DNA from: Coniocarpon cinnabarinum
Lineage: Eukaryota
Length of the DNA stretch: 64,000 nt
Direction of reading: 5' to 3'
Assembly: GCA_051942205.1 (NCBI GenBank)
Contig: JAVECO010000006.1
Coordinates: 124,001 to 188,000 of the forward strand
A program made the translations under genes and the position numbers. The notes below the pieces were generated by a model. The model was not told the DNA's origin, searched no databases, and was given only the letters and a program-made list of their open reading frames with translations. Below are positions 11,000-24,959 of this stretch, piece after piece; position 1 is the first letter of the stretch, and each line of letters opens with the position of its first letter.

Positions 11000-12073
11000 T
11001 CAGCCAGCCCCAATCTTAGCCCTTTTCTCTAGTTTCCATCGCTTCTTTTCCTGCTGCCTCTTCTTCTTCTTCGGGTTTTCATATAGCATAGCCTTGTGAC
11101 GGCGTTCCTCAATAGAAGCACTCTCGCCCTTGTGGCCTTCATTCCAACATCGTTCACAGTACAAGTCACCGTCACAGTCAATGCACTGCAAGGTAGCGTC
11201 ATCCATGCAAATAGTGCACCAAGTCTCGTCATCTTCTTCGGAAAATGCGGAATGAACGGAAGCTGCTCTTGGAGCAGGCTGGAATGTCGGAGCGGCGGGT
11301 AGAGCTAGTGAATGGTCATTGTCCTGAGCGATAACTGTTGGCAATTCACTCGGTGCTTCTGGGAGGGAAAAGGCCGAGAGATCGACTTTATCGGCTGCCT
11401 CCTTCCCTGATGCATTGCGAGCGACGGAAGTGTCTTCATCGTCATAATCCTGAGGTCCCGCCTGCCGAGCTTGATCGATAGCCTTTCGAACAAAGTCTTC
11501 GGCTTCAGAATCGTCGTCAGACTTTTGTTGTTCCAAATCCTTGTCAACATATTCAACCTTTATTGCATCTTCGTCACCACCTTCTAGATTATTGGAACGC
11601 GTTCGAGTGCGAGATTCCTCACGATCCTGACCATCAGCATCCTTCAAAGTTCGTTTCGCGTCCTGCAATATGTTCTGAGCATGCCTGGTCTCAGCGATCT
11701 CTCCTCTCCAATCTTCCATTCCAACAGCACTTTTCACGTCGCCAAGCTCGAGATTAGCAAGCACATCCTCGAATGAAGCGCCAGATTCGTCAAAGGCCTG
11801 GACATCACTGAAACCCAAATCATCTGGACCCGTCCTAAGATTCTCTGGATGCGCTGCAAGTTCGTCAGCAGCTAGCGAAACATTTCTCTTGTTGCCGCTC
11901 AAAGAGGCGAATCGTGCATTCAGATCTGGCTTGTCCAGGTCCGCGTTCTTGACCGAGGCTTTTGCAGAAATTGAGTTGAAGATTGGATTAGTCGGGCCAG
12001 GGGTAATTGATGATGGTCTCAGAGCATTTAGTCTCTTAATCAACGAATCAAGGTCGCCATTGTCATTACTCAT
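11000..12073 (-). CDS. ANCHR/ZFYVE19-like protein with C-terminal B-box-type zinc finger
   Basis: Single ORF, 357 aa; N-terminal LxxRLxAL and LxARFxxL motifs, LPxAP motifs, C-terminal WCTICMDDATLQCIDCDGDLYCERCWNEGH. Confidence 0.75.
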   Translation of the reverse strand: MSNDNGDLDSLIKRLNALRPSSITPGPTNPIFNSISAKASVKNADLDKPDLNARFASLSGNKRNVSLAADELAAHPENLRTGPDDLGFSDVQAFDESGASFEDVLANLELGDVKSAVGMEDWRGEIAETRHAQNILQDAKRTLKDADGQDREESRTRTRSNNLEGGDEDAIKVEYVDKDLEQQKSDDDSEAEDFVRKAIDQARQAGPQDYDDEDTSVARNASGKEAADKVDLSAFSLPEAPSELPTVIAQDNDHSLALPAAPTFQPAPRAASVHSAFSEEDDETWCTICMDDATLQCIDCDGDLYCERCWNEGHKGESASIEERRHKAMLYENPKKKKRQQEKKRWKLEKRAKIGAG

Positions 12074-12392
12074 AACGATTCACGCGCAAGTGGCGAATGC
12101 ATGTGCGAGGGTGAGGATTTCATCACCGTCAAGAAGACAAGATAATTGACCCAAAATTCACGTGGTTGGAGGCTGCTCAGACCGGCTTGCGGGTGGGTCA
12201 CTGTGGAGCCCGCGTCATTAGCCCCCGGAGCTAGGGGCTAAGATCTGATATAAGCCTTTCGACGTCACTTGGCGGCTCGAGTGCCCGAGCTTTTCACCTC
12301 TGAAACTTAACATTCACCGCTCAAGGCTTAAGTTAGCAATATTTGTTCAGAACTTTCGCAAAGTCAATATAAAACTTGGACTCGTCCCGTAC

Positions 12393-13952
12393 ATGGCTGC
12401 AGCGGACGTCTCAAGCGGCGCCATGGAGGGCCAGAACCCTTTTGCATCGCCGCAATGGTACGAAGTCGAGTCAAAGCTGACTGATATGGCCGAGAGCTAA
12501 GCATATTTCAGGAGGTACCTGAACAATGTCATGTCCCGGCCAGGGCCATCTACAGATCCAGACTGGCAGCCGTACGATCTGCTTATAATGGCAAAAGTAT
12601 TGTGAGCTTAAGCTCTCACTCGATGAAGAGCAGGACGACTAACCTAGGGTCAGGGTCATGTATGACAGTATTACCGCGAGCTTACATGAGCACGACTAAT
12701 GTATCACAGAGGCGCCGGTGGTCTTGGATGCGAGATCCTGAAGAATCTTGCTTTGTCGGGCTTTAGAGACATCCACGTGATTGATATGGGTACGTCTGAA
12801 AACTTCCATGCTGAGAACAGCCTAGTAACCCTAGCTGTAGATACCATTGATGTCTCAAACCTCAACCGTCAGTTTCTTTTCCGCCAAAAAGACGTTGGAC
12901 AGCCCAAAGCTTCAACTGCTGCAGCGTTCGTGCGACGCAGGTGCCCCGGTGTCAGCATTGAACCACACGTTGGCAAGATCCAAGACTTCGACGATGACTT
13001 CTACAAACAATTCCACCTGGTAATATGCGGCCTTGACAGCATCGAAGCACGTCGGTGGATCAACGCAAAGCTAGTTGAGCTTGTTGTTGACAATCCGATG
13101 GATCCAAGCATGCTGAAGCCGCTTGTCGATGGAGGTACAGAAGGCTTCAAAGGCCAAGCTCGCGTTGTGTATCCCAGTATGACCTCTTGTATTGAGTGCC
13201 AACTAGATATGCATGCGCCACGACAGCAAGTACCGCTATGCACAATAGCCACAATTCCGCGACAGCCACAACACTGTATTGAGTGGGCACACCAGATAGC
13301 CTGGCCACAGGAGCGAAAAGACGAGACCCTAGATACAGACGATCCCGACCACATCAGCTGGCTGTGCGCAAAGGCAGTCGCTCGCGGTAAAGAATTCAAG
13401 ATCTATGGCATTACGTACCAGATGACACAAGGGGTCGTCAAAAACATCATTCCCGCTATTGCCTCAACAAATGCTATCATCGCCGCCTCATGTTGCAACG
13501 AAGCATTCAAGATCCTCACCAGTGCAGCGCCTGCCTTAGGAATGCCCGGCACACCCAACTACTCCATGTACACAGGTGACGCTGGCGTATACACATACAC
13601 TTTTGAACACCAGCGCAAGCCAGAATGTCCTGTCTGTGCGCCGCCGCAAAATCTCTCTGTTGAATCCTCCTGGACGCTCCAAGAGCTGCTTGATCACCTC
13701 AAGAGTCAAGGGCCGGGCGACAGTGAAGCAGGTCAGCGCTTTCAGAATCCAAGCTTAACGAGTGGCGAGCACAATCTCTACTTGCCAAATCCACCACAAC
13801 TGGAACAGCTGACACGGCCAAACCTCAAGCGCAAGCTGACGGAGCTGGTAAGTGATGGTCAGGAGCTAGCGGTTTCAGATCCAGCATATCAGAATCAATT
13901 TCGGTTCCGATTGACATACCGGGCGAAGAGAGCGAAAAGTGAGGACGATTGA
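12393..13952 (+). CDS. UBA3: NEDD8-activating enzyme E1 catalytic subunit, 5 exons including a 6-nt microexon
   Basis: Spliced [62 protein letters not shown], catalytic-Cys motif PLCTIATIPRQPQHCIEWA, VVKNIIPAIASTNA. Microexon 12654-12659; in-frame intron 12790-12840. Confidence 0.95.
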
Positions 13953-14227
13953 ATATCCAGAATTACTGTGATGCAAGAGCAACTTTACGTGTGAGAACCG
14001 TGGCGCAAGTAACGCGCAATTTAGATATTACCACCATGTTGCATAAGTAAACACATATGCAAGGAAGCAAAAGGCTCTATCGCAGCAGCGTCTGACCAAA
14101 GCAGATTAACAGCTGTCTAACTCCTTCAGAAAAGGAACTACGCCTAGAAATGCTTTTATATGATACCTCTCGCAATGCCCACTTTCGCTGCGTATAGTCA
14201 TGACTCGTTTGAAGCTGTGAAACCCAG

Positions 14228-15409
14228 TCACAAGGTAGCTTCATTTGCCGAAACATCATCCTGAGCATCCGTAGATGCTCCCCACTTTTGCGAACAGCCA
14301 GAGGCTGTTTCCCACTCTGTCTCGTCGTAGTCAACTAGCATCTTGCTGGTATTACTAGACGCGTCCGACCAGCCCGGCGCCGCCTTGTCGCCATCATCAT
14401 TCCACCAGACACTGAAGCCGTCAACCTCCCAAACTCCCAGCGCGCCGATCCGCTCATGCAGCTCATATAATTCACCTCTCAACTTTTCCACCTCTTCCCA
14501 TGCCTCATCGCGGCGGACTTGAGCTAACTCAAGCTGCGACTCCACATCACGACAATGCTGTGTCATTGAACCCAGGTCCTCTCGCGCCCCGTTCAGCTCG
14601 GACGCGATGACCTGCGCGTGCAACACAGCTCCGTCCATGCATTTTTGGAGATGCCCGTTGCTTTGACAGAGCTTGGACATGCTCTTTTTTACATCTTCCA
14701 GCTGTGTGAGCCGGAAGATGGCTGCTGACTCCTGCAGCGTGTACTTGACATTGACCTACGATATCCGGTTAGACGATGCAAGTAGTTTGACAAAATAGAA
14801 AAGCCCGGGGACACCGGATCGAGAAAAAAGAGGCGGCTTACGTCGTCAATTTCTTGGAGCCGGTCCTCCGACTCGTAGTTGGCATCAATGTACCTCTCGG
14901 TGATGAGGTGTTTGTCGTCGTGGAGACGGGTCACCTCATCAGAAAGCGCCATGCGCTCGTTTTCCAGAACTTCGACATCGCTGCGAAGTTTCTAGAGACA
15001 GGTCAGCCATCGCAATAGTAAACGGTGTCGCAGAAGCTGCTTGAGTAGTAACTCACTTTATTCTCTTTTTGAAGTTGTGCGGAACCAACTTCATAGTTCA
15101 GCGCTTTCACCTTGAGGAGCTTGTTTTCGCGTTTCAAATCCTCATTTTCATTCTTGAGAACGCTGACGAATTTGTACTCGTGCCTCAAGTCTTCCTTCTG
15201 GCCCTCCAGACGTGCGTTCAACACCTTTTGGGCAGCCATCTCACGCCGTATTCGGCGAAGCTCTTCCTGAAGGGTTCGTATGGTCCTTTCCATGCGTCAG
15301 CGTTGTATGATCACAGAAATGGAGCGGAAGGGAAGCTTTTAGCTACTAACCCCTGACAGTCACGTTCATAATCACAACCCGGGCCATGCGTTACCGGTGT
15401 GGGATACAT
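14228..15409 (-). CDS. Hypothetical coiled-coil protein, 4 exons
   Basis: ATG 15409 (MYPTPVTHGPGCDYERDCQ). Three introns (GTTAGT, GTGAGT, GTAAGC donors, each with CTRAC branch) join ORF fragments 15003-15293, 14689-14952 and 14228-14680 into one Glu/Leu/Lys-rich heptad protein. Confidence 0.6.
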
Positions 15410-16433
15410 TGCTATGTCGAAGTACTTAATGCTCTTTGAAGTTGTGATTGAAGCAGAAGACACAAGTAATGTATATGATCAGAATGTATGGAAGATGTGA
15501 ATGGAACTGTGACGAGGGGAAAAAAGCTGGAGAGCGCATTGAGGACCTTTAAAGAAGCTGGCGCTCTGACACTGGAATTGTTGTGGTGATAACGTCAAGC
15601 TAAACCTGCCCTATTCATACGTCAAGACAGTGAGACTGCGATCTAGCGCGAGAGTCGACCAATGGTTCATGATGCGTGCTTGTCCTCGATTGGTGTGCTT
15701 GGAGTGAGCTCATATTCACGTATGCATGACATGGGGCATTTTACTACTCAGGTGAGAAGCTCATCACCATGAAAATTTCACAGATCGTTCCCCCAGAAGT
15801 TTTTTCATAGGTATGAATTAGGCAGCAAGGGCCAGACACAGTGTGGATGTGGGCTCAGCAAAGGACTTGCGAGTATCGAGGGCATCCATAGTTTAATGAA
15901 GCTTTTTGCAATGAAAGGGTCTAGCAGCTAATAAGTGTTTGGATATCCAGGGCACAGTACCAGGAATCATGGCTCAAGCGCTACAGCGTCAGTATGACAT
16001 TATTGTCTCCAATTTTTCATCACTTTTTTTAGATTCCTCATTCTAAAGCCGATTTCTTGACGAAATTCTCAGTGCGCTTTTGCTCGAAGAATTTGACCAT
16101 ATGGCTATTCTACGTCGACGCATATAGAGTTATTCATGGATGCTGTCTAGCAGCGATTCATGCGTTCCAAACCGAGTCGCAGATGTTTTAGCATTGTTGA
16201 GCTGTGGATATACATATGAATAATTGGCTCCTTGGGGAGGTTTCTGCCTGATTATTAGACAAGCAAACTTCTTAGCTCAGCCCTGTATAGTGGACCGGCG
16301 ATCTCTATCATCATCGACTAGATCGAGGGATAGACATTCCTTTGCCATCGTCTTGTATGTCCAAGTAGCTCGACACTCTCCACTCTCTTTACCTTCGTTA
16401 CAACCTCTTCACAAGCCTGGCGTAAGCAGCGCC

Positions 16434-17867
16434 ATGGTATCTTCATTCACACGCCCAGCCCTACGGCAGGCCCGACGGCTCCCTTTGCGCCCTTGTCCCA
16501 CCAAATCATTCAGACCTACAGCCTTTCACCGCGCGCTGTCCACACATCCTCGCCACTACGCAGAACCAACGCCTGATCAAGATCCTTTCACTACGCGCCT
16601 TGTCCCCGTTGATTCTCGCTTCGGTGCCGTACCCAATCCTGACCATGCCTCCCAAAATGTCAACGTCGCGCCTGACGAGTGGGGAGAGTCCAACCGCCGC
16701 AAGATTCGCCACTATACCGTCAACTTTGGTCCTCAACATCCCGCTGCACATGGCGTGCTGCGGCTAATTTTGGAACTGAACGGCGAGGAGATTGTGCGCG
16801 CCGATCCGCACGTTGGCCTCCTTCACCGTGGGACGGAGAAACTTATTGAGTACAAGACATACCTACAGGCACTCCCGTACTTTGACCGTCTTGACTATGT
16901 GAGCATGATGACGAATGAGCAATGCTTCTCGCTGGCCGTGGAGAAGCTCCTTAACATCGAAGTGCCAGAGCGTGCCAAGTGGATCCGCACACTCTTCGGC
17001 GAGATCACTCGGGTTCTGAACCATCTTATGTCTGTCCTCTCACATGCCATGGACGTTGGAGCGCTGACGCCTTTCCTCTGGGGCTTCGAGGAGCGTGAGA
17101 AACTCATGGAGTTCTACGAACGTGTGTCAGGTGCTCGATTACATGCGGCGTATGTGCGCCCGGGTGGCGTGGCTCAGGACATCCCCATCGGCCTGCTTGA
17201 TGACATATATCAATGGGCGACGCAATTTGGTGATCGCATTGACGAGACAGAAGAGCTTTTGACAGACAACCGTATCTGGAAGGGGCGGACCGAGGGCATT
17301 GGACAAGTCTCTGCAGCAGACGCTCTCAATCTCTCCTTCTCTGGCGTCATGCTGAGGGGTAGTGGTGTTCCCTGGGACATTCGAAAGAGTCAACCATACG
17401 ACGCGTACGACCAGGTTGACTTTGACGTTCCTGTGGGTGTCAATGGTGACTGCTACGACCGATACCTTTGCCGCATGGAGGAGTTCAGACAAAGCCTGCG
17501 CATCATCCACCAGTGTCTAAACAAGATGCCACCTGGACCTGTCAAAGTAGAAGACTACAAAATCGCGCCACCACCTCGAGCAGCCATGAAGGAGAACATG
17601 GAAGCGCTGATCCATCACTTCTTGCTCTTCACGAAGGGGTACACGGTTCCACCGGGAGAAACGTACTCGGCGATTGAGGCACCCAAGGGCGAGATGGGTG
17701 TGTTTGTCGTCAGCGATGGCAGTGAGCGGCCATATCGATGCAAGATCCGGGCACCTGGTTTTGCGCATCTAGGAGGCTTTGATCAGGTGGCGAGAGGTCA
17801 CTTACTGGCGGATGCAGTGGCTATCATTGGGACGATGGATTTGGTGTTTGGAGAAGTGGACAGATGA
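16434..17867 (+). CDS. NUO49: NADH:ubiquinone oxidoreductase 49-kDa subunit (NDUFS2/NuoD), mitochondrial precursor
   Basis: [55 protein letters not shown]; Arg-rich presequence from GCC-ATG 16434; intronless. Confidence 0.97.
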   Translation: MVSSFTRPALRQARRLPLRPCPTKSFRPTAFHRALSTHPRHYAEPTPDQDPFTTRLVPVDSRFGAVPNPDHASQNVNVAPDEWGESNRRKIRHYTVNFGPQHPAAHGVLRLILELNGEEIVRADPHVGLLHRGTEKLIEYKTYLQALPYFDRLDYVSMMTNEQCFSLAVEKLLNIEVPERAKWIRTLFGEITRVLNHLMSVLSHAMDVGALTPFLWGFEEREKLMEFYERVSGARLHAAYVRPGGVAQDIPIGLLDDIYQWATQFGDRIDETEELLTDNRIWKGRTEGIGQVSAADALNLSFSGVMLRGSGVPWDIRKSQPYDAYDQVDFDVPVGVNGDCYDRYLCRMEEFRQSLRIIHQCLNKMPPGPVKVEDYKIAPPPRAAMKENMEALIHHFLLFTKGYTVPPGETYSAIEAPKGEMGVFVVSDGSERPYRCKIRAPGFAHLGGFDQVARGHLLADAVAIIGTMDLVFGEVDR

Positions 17868-18467
17868 TGAAGCCTTGCTCCACTGAGAAATAAGTTCAAG
17901 AGCATTATAGGGCAAGCGGCCAATACTTTCGCCTGTGCAAGGGAGAGTCAAGAAGAGTGAAAGACCGCATGATCAAGTAGGCAATGCGACTTCGCTTGTA
18001 ACGTGTACATATGGGGAGACCCACACATGGTCAATGATGGCACACTGGCGATGGTGTCAACTCAACAGAGTTCGTGAGATTTGAATCAACCAATGCATCA
18101 TGAAAAATGTTCTACAAGTCCTTTCACTTAAAAGCGGTGGTACATATTGATTGCGTTTGCATACTGGTACATTATATACTGTGTCTAGTCCTGCGACTGA
18201 ACGCTTCCGCGCTCTGTCCAATGCTTCAAGAGTCGTACATCTAGCGTTCCTCCAATCCGACATCAATCCATAACGTATTCGTGACAGTATTCCTTTTATG
18301 CGTAGATGCAATGTTTTTTTTCCTTGGTTTTGTCATTTTCTGGGTCTTCGGGAAAGGTGGCAGAGACTCGACTTTCGACACAAGCGGGATCGCCACTGCA
18401 ATCATCACCGCAGTGCTGATTGCAGAAATGTTTTTCATTTTCCTCCCTTGTAATGACCACGTGGCCA

Positions 18468-20911
18468 TTACAGTGTCTTCATCTGAAAGACGAATAAGCT
18501 GACTTTTTCCATCACGAGATCATTGCTCCCGCTTCCTAGCTTGGCCGCTGCCACACATTCAACTTCAATGCGGTTGGTGCCTGGATGGAGGCGCACGTCC
18601 CAGCTGGGACCTTTCTCCTTCTCCTTTGCAGCAGCAGCGTATGTGCCGTTCACGAGTCCATTGGACATGTGAGCATAATCCGGTTGTACGACGCGCTGGC
18701 TCTGACGGACTCCGTTGTTAGATACGAAAAGTCGATATGGCCGCGCGTGAGGTCCCTTTAGCGGCTCAGCTAATTCAGCTTGGAGGCGAACAGCTGGATG
18801 GCTAGAATTGAGTGTGGCTGTGACGGACTGCTGGGACATGACTTTATCCGCAGGGACGGTGATCTTGAACGGCTTCGCTGCCGCCAGGTCAGGGTGAGTG
18901 ACCATGTGGACTTTGGACATGAGGATGTCGGGCTCTCCGACGGCGCCATCTTGCTTTGCGTGCGGCTTCGGACGCCATTTGGAGTCGAAACTATTGGTAG
19001 GCTGGTGATAGGCAGGTGGGGTGAAGTGAGCCTGCGGAGGCAGATTCTGGGGTGGAGGCATAGTTGAATGAACGTTGCCACCAGTCGTGGCCTTGGTAGA
19101 TGACGCCGGGGGTGGCATGACCCCGTTGACCTGCACAGATTTTGAAACTGGAGCTGGGCTCCCGTTTGGCAATTTGGCGGACTTCGCTGGTGATGTCGTG
19201 CTGCGAGCTGCATTTGCCGTCTGTGGTCGGGACTCAGTGGCCGCAGGAGCAACATCGTTCGATGCTTTGGTGTTTGCTGAAGACGCCGAGGTTGGCGCAA
19301 CGGAGTTGTTAGTAGCAGGCGCTGGGCTTGGTTTCTGGCTGCCTAACTTAAGTTTCAAGCTTGAGCTGGTGCCAGCCTTGTTGGAGTCGCCCATGTTCAG
19401 CTTCAATTTCGTCTGCGTGGGCTCCTCAACGACCTTTTTGGCCGCCAACAAGCGTTTCTTGAAAGCTTCTTCAAACTCGTCCGCCAGGAAGTGCATGTCA
19501 GTTCCGTCCTCGTTGTATTCTCGTGCGTTGCTCCAAATCCGAGCGACTTCATGTTCAAAGGCATCCCAGGATTTGTATTCCGTAACATTGGTCGGGTTCT
19601 TAGGCTGCTTGCCTTCCACCTTTTTCATGATTCCCTTGAGCGATGTCGGATTTTTGATAGTAAGGTAGTAGTCCCTCAGACTACGGTTGGGAAGGAAGTG
19701 GAAAGGCGTGAAAATAGGCTGAGGCACATCCGGGTCCGTGTATTCAATCAGCTCTTGAATAATTTTCTCCTGAGCTTTTTGGAAGCTCAATGCCTTGAAA
19801 CCCTCCTCAAGGGGAGCCTCGTCTACTTCCATAGGCTCTGGCTTCAGCTGAGCAGATTCGGAACGCTTTTGCGGCTTTACTGAAGTCGAGGTGTCACGCT
19901 TGCGCTTCTGGGAATTTGTAGTCGGTGACTTCTTCGATGACGCGGTCAGGCGCAGAGTCGTGGTCGCCTCCGGGGGGCTATCGCCAGGTCGTGGTGTGGC
20001 TACGGCAGTGTAATGTCGGCTCTTCTTGTATGCGGGGTTGTTGGTCTTGAAGAAGTTGAAGGCCATTTTTCGAATACGTTCCGCATCCAGATGGACGCCG
20101 GATCCAGGCTCGTTGAACTCTTTGGCATTGAGGATCATGCGTTTGACATCGCCCTCTATCTCAGACACAGAGCTGTATTTGCGGTTGTCAACTTTCTCTT
20201 GGATCGTTTCGACGGCTACGGGAAGCCGGATGATCTGGTAGTACTGCGGCAACTGTCTCTGCATCTCACATTAGCAACAGCTTGTTCGTTTGAATGAGGG
20301 CGGGTGACATGCCCTATCTGGGAGAGTGAGGAATGCAGTTGCAATCGGTTCTCCACTGCAAAACGTGTCAGATATGATTTGGCATTGCACACAGATTCAT
20401 CTGCGGAAAAATCTGTGGGATTTGCGGCGAAGCTTACTGCTTGTTTGTTGCATTCTGGAGCTGTTCAAGGAAGCGGTTGCCGGTCTGGGCAACAATGTCG
20501 AGAGCGTCTCGACCGGAACCATCCTGCAATCGATCATTTTGTCAGTCAAAGCAATTTCAGGAATCGCAGGTTTCAATTTGGGCAATGCGCAATCACGATT
20601 GACGGTGGGTGCGTCAATGGTGGCTTTGCGAAGCAAGAGGATGTGAAGGAGAGTTGATGGGGTTGAAAGATGGACGAGGGATGTGCGTTAGAGACGTCGC
20701 CATCCGCCGCGCGATCAAGCTAGTCCCTTCCGCTGCCCTCTTTCTTTCTTTCTTTTTGCGCGTCACAGCTTGACACGCAACACTTCGCGAGTTCAACACC
20801 CGCGCAACAGCTGCATCAAGCACTTACCGGAGTCTTGTGACGTTTGGTGGGTGGTGCAGTGGCTGGTGAAGAAGCAAGGCTGGCAGCTTTGCGCTTGGTG
20901 CCTCGCTCCAT
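18468..20911 (-). CDS. RSC4: Tandem bromodomain chromatin-remodelling protein (Rsc4/polybromo-like), 4 exons
   Basis: Exon 1 MERGTKRKAAS...KRHKTP (NLS-like), intron 20827-20524, then two bromodomains (FLTLPDRRQLPQYYQIIRLPV...NAKEFNEPGS; FHFLPNRSLRDYYLTIKNP...NAREYNEDG) and a C-terminal beta-rich domain (LHPGTNRIEVEC). Third intron is GC-AG. Orthology to RSC4 is inferred from architecture. Confidence 0.8.
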
Positions 20912-21239
20912 TTCGTAGATCGCAAAGAATGCACTGGGCGAATCACACGTTTGAACAGAAGCTTGCTACGTGCGTGCGCGATATGCGAATGTGCACTCAG
21001 TTTGGACTGTCAGTCTTCGAGAGTGCTCAATGTACAACAATAGGCTTGGCAGGTGGCCCTCAAAACTTGGTGCCTCACATTTCAGGCCTCCTCAGCTGAA
21101 AAGTCGTGAAATAATTTTGACGCAAATTTAGGCGTTCATTGGCGTTGAATTTGCGCACGCCAAAAAGTCCATCCATATAATTCACCATTCTTTTTCCCTC
21201 TTCCTTCGACTCCTCTGCAACTGCAATCTCCCCTCAATC

Positions 21240-23377
<2,138 letters not shown>

Positions 23378-24173
23378 TCTAACTTAATATCACACCAGGG
23401 CTTGTTGCAAAGCTGTTGTCATGACCGAGACGACACAAAAGTGATAAAATAGTAAGGTCTTTTTTGTATTCAGTGAAGGGGCATGCCGGATGACTTTATT
23501 TCTCAAACCTTGGCACTTTGCTAGAGGTCGTGGTGATATTTCATGAGCTTCACATTAGTGGAGATGCATTTTGCCCTGGCCTTCCCCTATTGTTCCCCTG
23601 CCATTCTCTTGATGCGTCGAAGGCATGCTGCCACAGGAAGGGCGTGCACAGGAGTCATCTTCAATGCGATTCCCCTATGTTGTTGACCGGGGAGCCAATT
23701 TGCAACAATTGTTCTCCATTACACTGGTAGACAAGGTCCTACGAGATTCAACACGTACTGGATCCGAAGTCTACATCGCACCAGCAATCTGATCTCATTG
23801 ACGTCAACTCTCGCAAGCAAAGCACATCTACGATATGTACGATCCAGCTATTCCTTCCTACCAAATAGCAAGCAGCATTGGCATGGGTCAAGCGTGAACT
23901 TTTGCTTCGTAGCTCGAAAGTCCACCCTCCTGCGAACGTAAGTACACAATCTCTGGTTTTCAATCGGCTTGCAAACTATGTAACGTGTCTCCGACTTGCT
24001 CCAGTTGAACTAGCTGAACAGTTTACCATTGCGACTCGAGAGTCGTCTAAGGCAAGAGTTGCCTTCAGGCATCTTGCGACACTGTCAAGAGTCTACAGCA
24101 GTCCTCTGGATAAGATAGTAGTTGCGCTGAAGTAGTTCGCCCAGCGATCTTTACAACCCCTGACTTGGCTCCG

Positions 24174-24959
24174 CTATTTCACTCGACGTACTCTAACCGC
24201 ATGATGCGCATCCTCAATTCCAGTACTGTCGATCTCGATGGTCTTCTGTCTGACAGCTTCTAAAATACCCAGATAGCACATCACCTGCAAGAGCACATTC
24301 ATCAGCAGCGATTCGGTATGACAGCGACGCCGAGGAGACAGGGCACGTACGAGCGTTTGTTCATCCGCCGAAACAGACAGATACGCCTCGCTACTGTCCC
24401 GGTACACTTGACCAAACTTCTCTTTATTGCCAATAAGCCCTTTGCGTTCGATTACACACGCACCGTCGCGTTGTGCAGTCACGATGTCCACGTGATCAAA
24501 TTCGGTGCCTCCAGGCAGAAACGTGTGGAAAAATCCGGGTAACAGTTTGTGGTAGACACCGAATGTCAGCTCATTTCGATCTTTTTCGGACATCAGCTGC
24601 TTAGTGTGTTTGCCCCACGATCGCAGGATGCCGGAAGGATTTGGAGGTAAATGCTCAATGTAAAGACATCCGTGTTCAATCACAACGTGGTATTGCCAGA
24701 AGTCATGGAGGTTCTCGGTCTCTGTACTCTTCAGGTCTTCGACACGTCAGCAGGTCTCGAGTGTTTAGTTGTAGACGCAGAGCCACGGATCGAACATGCA
24801 CCTCTATCACTTACGGAAAAGGCTTTGTTTCTCGGATTGAGGGTCGAAGGGGTGCAATTGAATTTCTAGCTTCAATTTGGGTTGGTCGTGGATGAAAGTC
24901 AGAAGTCCCTCCGAGTTGTTGGCAGGTTGGGTCATCTTCCAAACCATCTGTTGTGACAT
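24174..24959 (-). CDS. Hypothetical protein, 3 exons
   Basis: ATG 24959 (MSQQMVWKMTQ...), TATAAA ~25085. Introns GTAAGT..CTGAC..AAG and GTACGT..CTGAT..CAG join a continuous globular-looking frame ending VMCYLGILEAVRQK...RVK*. No family recognised. Confidence 0.55.

Noticed and set aside
16224..16433. 70-aa N-terminal extension of the complex I 49-kDa ORF
   Set aside because: Starts at TTG; the GCC-ATG at 16434 begins a typical mitochondrial presequence.
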